Origin: Hyphochytrium catenoides
Taxonomy: Eukaryota > Protista > Hyphochytriomycota
DNA length: 41,731 nucleotides
Direction of reading: 5' to 3'
Assembly (NCBI GenBank): GCA_900088475.1
Contig: FLMG01002855.1
Location: 1-41,731 of the forward strand
The stretch's first letter is position 1. Every line of letters starts with the position of its first letter. Below are positions 35,820 to 41,731 of this stretch, piece after piece. Made by a program: the position numbers and the translations under genes. The notes beneath the pieces are model-generated. The model was given only the letters and a program-made list of their open reading frames with translations, had not been told where the DNA came from and did not search any database.

Positions 35820-36899
35820 ACTGCGTGTATGCATCACGATCTGCTCTTCTGCTGGCGGCGAACCAAAATCTTAGCACCCTTGCAATAAGATGCAAGGCGC
35901 GCATAAACGGCGGAGAGTTTCTTGGATCCATCAGGTATAGTCCTTAGTGCGGCGATGTATGGACGAGAAGCGTTGGATTCACACCGGGCACCCATGCATC
36001 GCCTTTAATGCAGTGCAGACATGGGCTATCTAGATGGAAAGGGTTCAGCGTTGTTACGGGAAAGAAGAAGAACAGCTCTCAGTTCTTATTATGTCACTGC
36101 TATGGCACTTGGAGACTAAAGGAGGACTCCAAAAAGGAACCAAGAAGACTGGCTGCATGTGGCGTATAAGAATTACCTTCTGCAAAGAGTCATACACGTA
36201 CTTAGGGCGGCGATGTATGGACGAGAAGCGTTGTTTGGGTTCACACTGGGCACCCATTGCTGAGCCAGGAGAAGCTTAGGGTAGTGGCGGCTTCTATAAA
36301 GGAGCTATCCCAGGCTGATATTGACTTCCTCAAGGACGCATACCGTGGTGGATCTCCTCGCAGAGCTATACTTAGCACACTCAGAGCCCGATAATATGAA
36401 GAGAAAGGAATGACAGGATTGCAATACAAAAGTAGTATTGCAATCAAGGAGGCTGTCCGTAAGGAAAGTGATGCCCAAAGCCTCATCGACAAGTTCCAGG
36501 AATGTCAGGCTAACAATCCATCCTTTTTATACCAACACCATGTGGACGAGGAGGAGACTCATCAGCTGGACCGGCTTCTATGGATATATCCAGAGCACAG
36601 GAACCTATACGTATCATATGGAGATTGTATTAGCTTCGATACAACCTTTGGAACTAATATCTACGGGCTGAAGTTCGGAGCTCTGACGACGCTAGACAGT
36701 CACGGGGCCACTGTGGTCCTTGCTCAATGTCTCTTGTCCGATGAGACAACTGAATCCTTCTCCTCTCGGTTCTTCTCCGAGCTGAGAAATGCCTTTTCTG
36801 ATGTCATGATGCCTACGACCGTTTTCAGAGGAGATGGTGAATGATCCAGCAGCAGCAGCAATGGCCGCAGCTTTGAAGGCTATCATGCCGTGATCGAGG
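35820..36899 (+). mobile_element. Mutator/MULE (FAR1-like) transposase relic, truncated by the copia insertion
   Basis: KKTGCMWRI...HTGHP (FAR1/WRKY-GCM1 DNA-binding domain), then LLWIYP...YGDCISFDTTFGTNIYGLKF...DSHG...LLSDETTESF...D..AMAAALKAIMP (MULE DDE core). It carries stops and frameshifts and breaks off at the LTR before the CxxH motif. Confidence 0.88.
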
Positions 36900-37192
36900 T
36901 GAAAGCTGGCGACTGGCGTTAGCGGTCATCGTGCTCAGTAGTGGCTGGTGATTGAGAGCAAGTTGACCAAGCAAGGAGGCTGAACAAGAAGATTGCCTCT
37001 TCTTACAGCTTGCTGAATGACCCTATGTGATCGTATATAGTTCCCCTTTCCCTGTAGCTCAGAAGACCTCAGACTCTGTATTGTAGAGTTTCTGAGCCTA
37101 TTCTTCTTCTATTTATTAGAGCTTGTGTTTTGTGACAGAGCTTGACAACTCTGAGGAGCTTATCTTCCTCTGCAATTCTATCTTCGCTTTCA
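36900..37192 (+). repeat. 5' LTR (293 bp)
   Basis: TG...CA ends with a perfect 7-bp terminal inverted repeat TGAAAGC/GCTTTCA, a TATA-like TATATA near 37034, and the PBS immediately downstream. Confidence 0.9.
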
Positions 37193-37205
37193 GGTTATGG
37201 GCCCA
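37193..37205 (+). promoter_or_regulatory. Primer-binding site for initiator tRNA-Met half-molecule
   Basis: GGTTATGGGCCCA is the reverse complement of the tRNAiMet anticodon arm UGGGCCCAUAACC. Confidence 0.9.
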
Positions 37206-37465
37206 CAGCATAGCTAATTGACGATACCACAACATTCGTACTATCTCTTCCTGTTCTTCTTTCCTACTATTTGTTGCTGCTGTCATCATCACGATGTCTA
37301 GTGGTCCCAGCACCGTTACTGGTGGGACGACTTCCACCATGTCTAGTAGTGTTGCAGCTACTAGTAGTACTGGTGAAAGTATTGAAGATGCCGTCCAGCA
37401 GCATAAACCTACTACTGGCTTACTGAGCATACCGCCAGAATGTTTTCTACTCTCTCCTGAGGTAA

Positions 37466-38010
37466 TAAGAAGGAGGGACAGCAAAGTCACCCCGTGCCAG
37501 CTCCGTGAGTACAGCACTAAAGCGGCGGATGTGATCATCCAGAGAAGTCCCTGGTTGATATACCATGCTCGTGAGTTCCTCAAGTTTGAGCATGGTGGCA
37601 TTGGCGTCGGTCCTGGTGTTTTGGGCAACGAATCTTGCCCAAGTGGCTGAAGGATTTCTCCGTTCATAGTCACCCAGTGCAGTCATAGCACTTGGTGCCA
37701 GTGACTTGGCAAAGTACCAATCAATCATCGAAACCTCACTTGAAGTTGGCGGACGGTGTCCTTCAAGGACCTCAGTGAGTCCATAGGACTCAAAAACGGC
37801 CCAAAAGGTTCTCGGCCGCCAGAGATGAAGGAAAGTCCGTTACGCCAGGGGTGAAGACATCAGGAGCGACGCCAATGCCACCATGCTCAATCTTGAGGAA
37901 CTCAGGAGCATCGTATATCAACCAGGGACTTCTCTGGATGATCACATCCGCCGCTTTAGTGCTGTACTCACGGAGCTGGCACGGGGTGACTTTGCTGTCC
38001 CTCCTTCTTA
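37466..38010. repeat. 150-bp inverted repeat (arms 37466-37615 and 37861-38010)
   Basis: Both arms encode ...EELxSxVYQPGTSLDDHIRRFSAVLTELARGDFAVPPSY on opposite strands; I count 4 mismatches. Confidence 0.95.
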
Positions 38011-40586
38011 CCACGGCCCACTGTTGCTGAACAGTGTCCGCAAACACTCACAGTATGTGGTGCATCTAGGAGCTGTCTCGCTGGGCAATGGGCTAAGCTG
38101 GACTGCCGCTGTAGATTCGATCAGAGGGGCAGTGCAGCGCGCTGATGCTGAGGTTCTTTCTCGGGTGAGGACTGGTCAATCTCATTCTACCTCGCCTGCT
38201 TTTCCTCGTGCATTGAGGGTTGCAATGGCACACAAAGATGTCCGTTCACAGCCGCACCCCTCTGGCAAACCGTTGGCATCACCTACTCCTCAGGGTGGTG
38301 AGTTCTTATCTCCCGTTGCCTTGGTTGTACGCGTGCCAAGTCTGAGCTCCTTTTCCTCTTCTTTGCCTTCCCGTAGCTCCTCACCTGCCGCAGTAGGTCT
38401 CTACCTTGACTCTGCCGCTGAGGATCATTTCCTGCCAGATGCTACCTTGCGCAGTCTTGCTAATGGCACTACAGTCCGTGGAGTTGCTGTGTTGGGTGAT
38501 TGGCCAGGTGATTCACTTTGTGAGGGTTGTGTCTTAGGCAAGCTGACTCGGCGTCCGCTTCAAGCTGATATCCCTCCTAGGGCTACCAAGCCACTCCAGC
38601 TTGTCTTTGCTGACCTATGTTACGCTGGAGAATGCTCTCTTGACGGCAAATACTACTTCTTAATTCTGGTTGATGCCTCTTCGCGCTATGTTTGGGTCTA
38701 TTTCCTTGAGCGGAAAAGTGAAGCATTTGCTTCCTTTAAGCAGTGGTTTGCTTCCGTTCGACGTTGTCCTCTTCCCGTGTTCCCGCTCTCTCCTTCCTCT
38801 CCGGCTTTCACAATGATGGTGGTGGTGAATTTCTCTCCAAGGAGTTTAGTACGTTTCTCGCCGAGAATGGGGTTACTCACACTCTTAGTCATGCACGCAC
38901 GCCCAAGGAGAATGGTGTGGCTGAGCGCTGGAACAGGACCCTCATGGACACTGCCTTAGCGATGCTTCATGACTCTGGCCTACCTGGGGCCTTTTGGACT
39001 GAAGCTGTCTCTACTGCAGCCTATATTCGCAACCGTGTTCCCTCTATCTCCAATGCTGGTCGGACTCCGTTCGAGTTACTTCATGGCTACAAACCGTCTG
39101 TGGCTAGGTTTCGCATCTTTGGTTGCCTCGCTTATGCTCATGTCCATAAGGACGTCAGGGACTCTAAATTAGCCCCCAAAGGTGCCCGTTGCCTCTTCCT
39201 TGGTTACTCTACGGCCCGTGCTGGATACCGTTTGTGGAATTTGGAGACCAGTTCCCCCTTGGAATCTGGTGATGTGGTCTTTGATGAAGCCATTTTTCCT
39301 TACAAGCTTGCCCCTGCTCCCCCCACCGACTATCCCGCTCTCGGCCCTCTCTTTCCAGTGTCCACGCTACCTCCTCCTCTTGGTTCCCTCTCCGAGTCCC
39401 CAGCTGCATCTCCTTCCCCCTCTTCCCCTCTGCTGTTAGGTGATACTCCCCACTCTTTTCCGTCTCCTCTTTCTAGTGGGAGTCCTTCCTCCCCTGCCGC
39501 AGTGTCTCTTCTCCTACTGAGCTGTGGCAGTCCTCTCCCTGATGCTGTTACTCCCGTCAGTGGCCGGCCCCGTGTCCCTTCCCTTTCTTTGGACTTGGTA
39601 GAATCTCGGACCTCTCCTACCCTGGGTGGGAGTTCTTCTTTGGCTTCTTCGAACCAGGCCTCTCTCTCTCCGCGTCCCCTCTGATTCCTCCTAATGCCCC
39701 TTCTCCGCTCTTTTCTCCTCCGTCCTCCCTTCCGGTCTCCCCGTCTCTTCCTCCCCCTTCTACTTCTGCCCCTGCTTCTCCTCCTCGTCGCTCGAGTCGT
39801 GTACGCTTCCCCCGTGACCCTTCCTTTACAGCTACCATGTCCGATGGTTCTCTGCGCACGTACTTTACCCCTACGACCTCCTCTTGTGTTGACCCTCCCT
39901 CCACGTATAAGGCTGCTCTTACCCGTTCCGATGCTCCTTCCTGGCGCTCTGCTATGGATGCAGAACTTTCCTCTCTCACCGAGTTTGGTACGTGGGATCT
40001 GGTTCCTCTTCCTCCTGGTCGCACTGCTATTGGTTCTCGGTGGGTCTTTGATCTTAAACGGAATGCTGACGGGAGTGTGGCGCGCTACAAAGCTCGCCTT
40101 GTGGCTCAAGGCTACCGGCAAATTGCCGGTGTAGACTACATTGAGACTTTTGCTCCGGTCATTCATCATGAGAGCCTCCGCGTCTTTCTTTCTCTTGCTG
40201 CGCTCTATGACATGGATCTCAAACATCTTGATGTCAAGACTGCCTTCCTTAATGGTGATCTTGATGAGGAGATCTTCATGACCCCACCTCCTGGCTTGGC
40301 AGGCTCATCCCCGGGACTGGTCTGTCGCCTCAAGCGTAGTTTATATGGCCTTAAGCAAGCCTCTCGGGCCTGGAATACGGTGATCACTACCTTCTTACTG
40401 TCCCATGGTTTTCAACGCTGTCCCTCTGAACCATGTATTTAGCTCAAACGGACCTCTTCTGGTCTCCTCTTGCTTGCCCTCTATGTGGATGACATTCTTC
40501 TTGCGTCTACTTCCTTCTCACTCCTCTCCACTATACAGCAACTGCTTCTCTCCCGGTTTAAGATGTCTGATCTGGGGGATGCGTCT

Positions 40587-40694
40587 TTTTTTCTTGATAT
40601 TCATATCACGCGTGATGGTGTCGCCCGCACTATTCATCTCTTATTTCTTGGTGTTCACATCACGCGTGATCGTGTCGCCCGCACTATTCATCTC
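40587..40694. repeat. 54-bp in-frame tandem duplication in RT
   Basis: FFLDIHITRDGVARTIHL / LFLGVHITRDRVARTIHL (40587-40640, 40641-40694). Confidence 0.93.
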
Positions 40695-41652
40695 AGTCAG
40701 CCTCTTTATACGGCTACCATTTTGAATCGTTTTGGTATGGCTGATGCTAACGCGGTTGCCACTCCCATGGTCAAAGACTTCTTAAGTACTGCCCAGACCC
40801 TTTCCTCCTCCCCCCCACTTCATCATCTTCTTCCTCTTTTCCCTATCGCAGTGCCCTTGGCTGTCTGCAGTACCTCGCCTGTGTCACGCGCCCCGACCTC
40901 TCTGTCTCAGTGGGAGTGCTTAGCCGTTTTCAGGTCCAACCCCAAAAACACCATGTGGAGACAGTGAAGCGGATCTTTCGTTACCTGTGTGGTACTAAGG
41001 ATTTTGGCATCCTCTTTGGTGGCGATGGTATCCTCCATGGTTATTTGGACACGGACCTTGCTGGTTGTCCAGAGACTCGCTGATCCACCTTTGGGTATGT
41101 GTTCTATATGGGGAATGGGCCTGTCAGCTGGAAGTCCAAAGAAGCAGCAGGATATGAATGTTGACTCTACTGCAGTTGCTGAGTATGTAGGACTTACCAA
41201 TGCTACCAAGACAGCCTTCTGGCTTCGGCGGCTTCTTATGCAGCTCGGTGAAGAGGTGGATGGACCCACTCTAATCCGGAAGAATGACACTCAAGCTGCA
41301 CTTGCCATGGCTACTGGACCTACAGTCTCTGTTAAGAACCGCCATCTGGATATAAAGTACCATTTAGTACGTGATGCTGTTGTTGACAGGAAGGTGGTTA
41401 GGGTGAGCCACTGCTCCAGTGCTGACTGCGTGGCTGACACTCTTACCCAGCCTTTGGAAAGAGGTGTTTTCGAGAACCATCGCATTAACCTAGGTGTGTG
41501 TGGTGTAGAAGCAGCAGCTTCTTCTTCAGGAGGAGGAGTTATCACGGCTGATAGCTAGCTTTGTTCTTGGTGAGTGGGGAGTATGTAGCAGCAGCATAGG
41601 TGATTCTGATGACGATCAGCACTAGTGACCAATAAGCTAATAACTCTTCTGT

Positions 41653-41731
41653 CGAGTGGGAGTGAAAGCTGGCGACGGGCATTAGCCACTGTAAATCGAC
41701 AGGGTTGTACTTCAGATGTGTTGATGGTGTA
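41653..41731 (+). repeat. Polypurine tract and start of 3' LTR (TG at 41663)
   Basis: GAGTGGGAG followed by TGAAAGCTGGCGACGGGCATTAGC, matching the first 24 nt of the 5' LTR with 2 mismatches. Confidence 0.8.

Larger units (their letters stand above)
37294..41558 (+). pseudogene. copia gag-pol, disrupted
   Basis: Gag inversion (about 37462-37865), deletion joining the protease DSAAEDHF directly to the pre-integrase region, frameshift near 38790, stops at 39684 and 40442, further frameshifts in RT and RNase H. Confidence 0.93.
36900..41731 (+). mobile_element. Ty1/copia LTR retrotransposon, defective; runs off the window end
   Basis: 5' LTR, PBS, gag, PR (YLDSAA), integrase (CEGC, VFADL, LVDASSRY, DGGGEF, ENGVAERWNRTL, GARCLFLGY), RT (RYKARLVAQGY, LDVKTAFLNG, LYGLKQA, LYVDD), RNase H (STAVAEY, RHLDIKYH, ADTLT), PPT and the start of a 3' LTR. 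Confidence 0.97.

Noticed and set aside
39330-40226. 298-aa antisense ORF in copia
   Set aside because: Shadow of the CT-rich integrase-RT linker; no domain.
1-41731. CRISPR arrays, rRNA or tRNA genes
   Set aside because: No regularly spaced repeat-spacer array or recognisable structural RNA gene was seen.

Overview
Eukaryotic nuclear DNA with canonical GT-AG introns, standard genetic code, GA/GAA microsatellites and three short N gaps. The gene families look stramenopile/oomycete-like, which is inference only. The ORF track fragments most real genes, so I reconstructed spliced models by hand. Left end: two paralogous two-exon genes encoding an EGF-like six-Cys ectodomain fused to a 7-TM (TOM1/THH1-like) body, set among decayed transposon relics that include a Helitron-like 3' end and a GRF zinc-finger pseudogene. 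Middle: an intronless CAT/APC amino-acid permease, a tail-anchored protein, a two-repeat polytopic membrane protein, an 8-exon gene joining a SAP/NuSAP-like N-terminus to a SURF2 domain, intron-rich TPP2 with a mitochondrial-type presequence, an RNI-like LRR protein and FANCL. Right end: an intronless secreted DUF6607-family gene (probable bacterial transfer), then a MULE/FAR1 transposase relic interrupted by a Ty1/copia element. That element has a half-tRNA primer site, a gag inversion-duplication and mismatched LTRs. Best candidates for new biology: the EGF-7TM receptor pair, the eukaryote-adapted DUF6607 gene, the SAP-SURF2 fusion, and a CTAG-enrichment signature in old repeats suggesting non-CpG methylation or RIP-like decay. 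No searches were run; family calls come from motif recognition.
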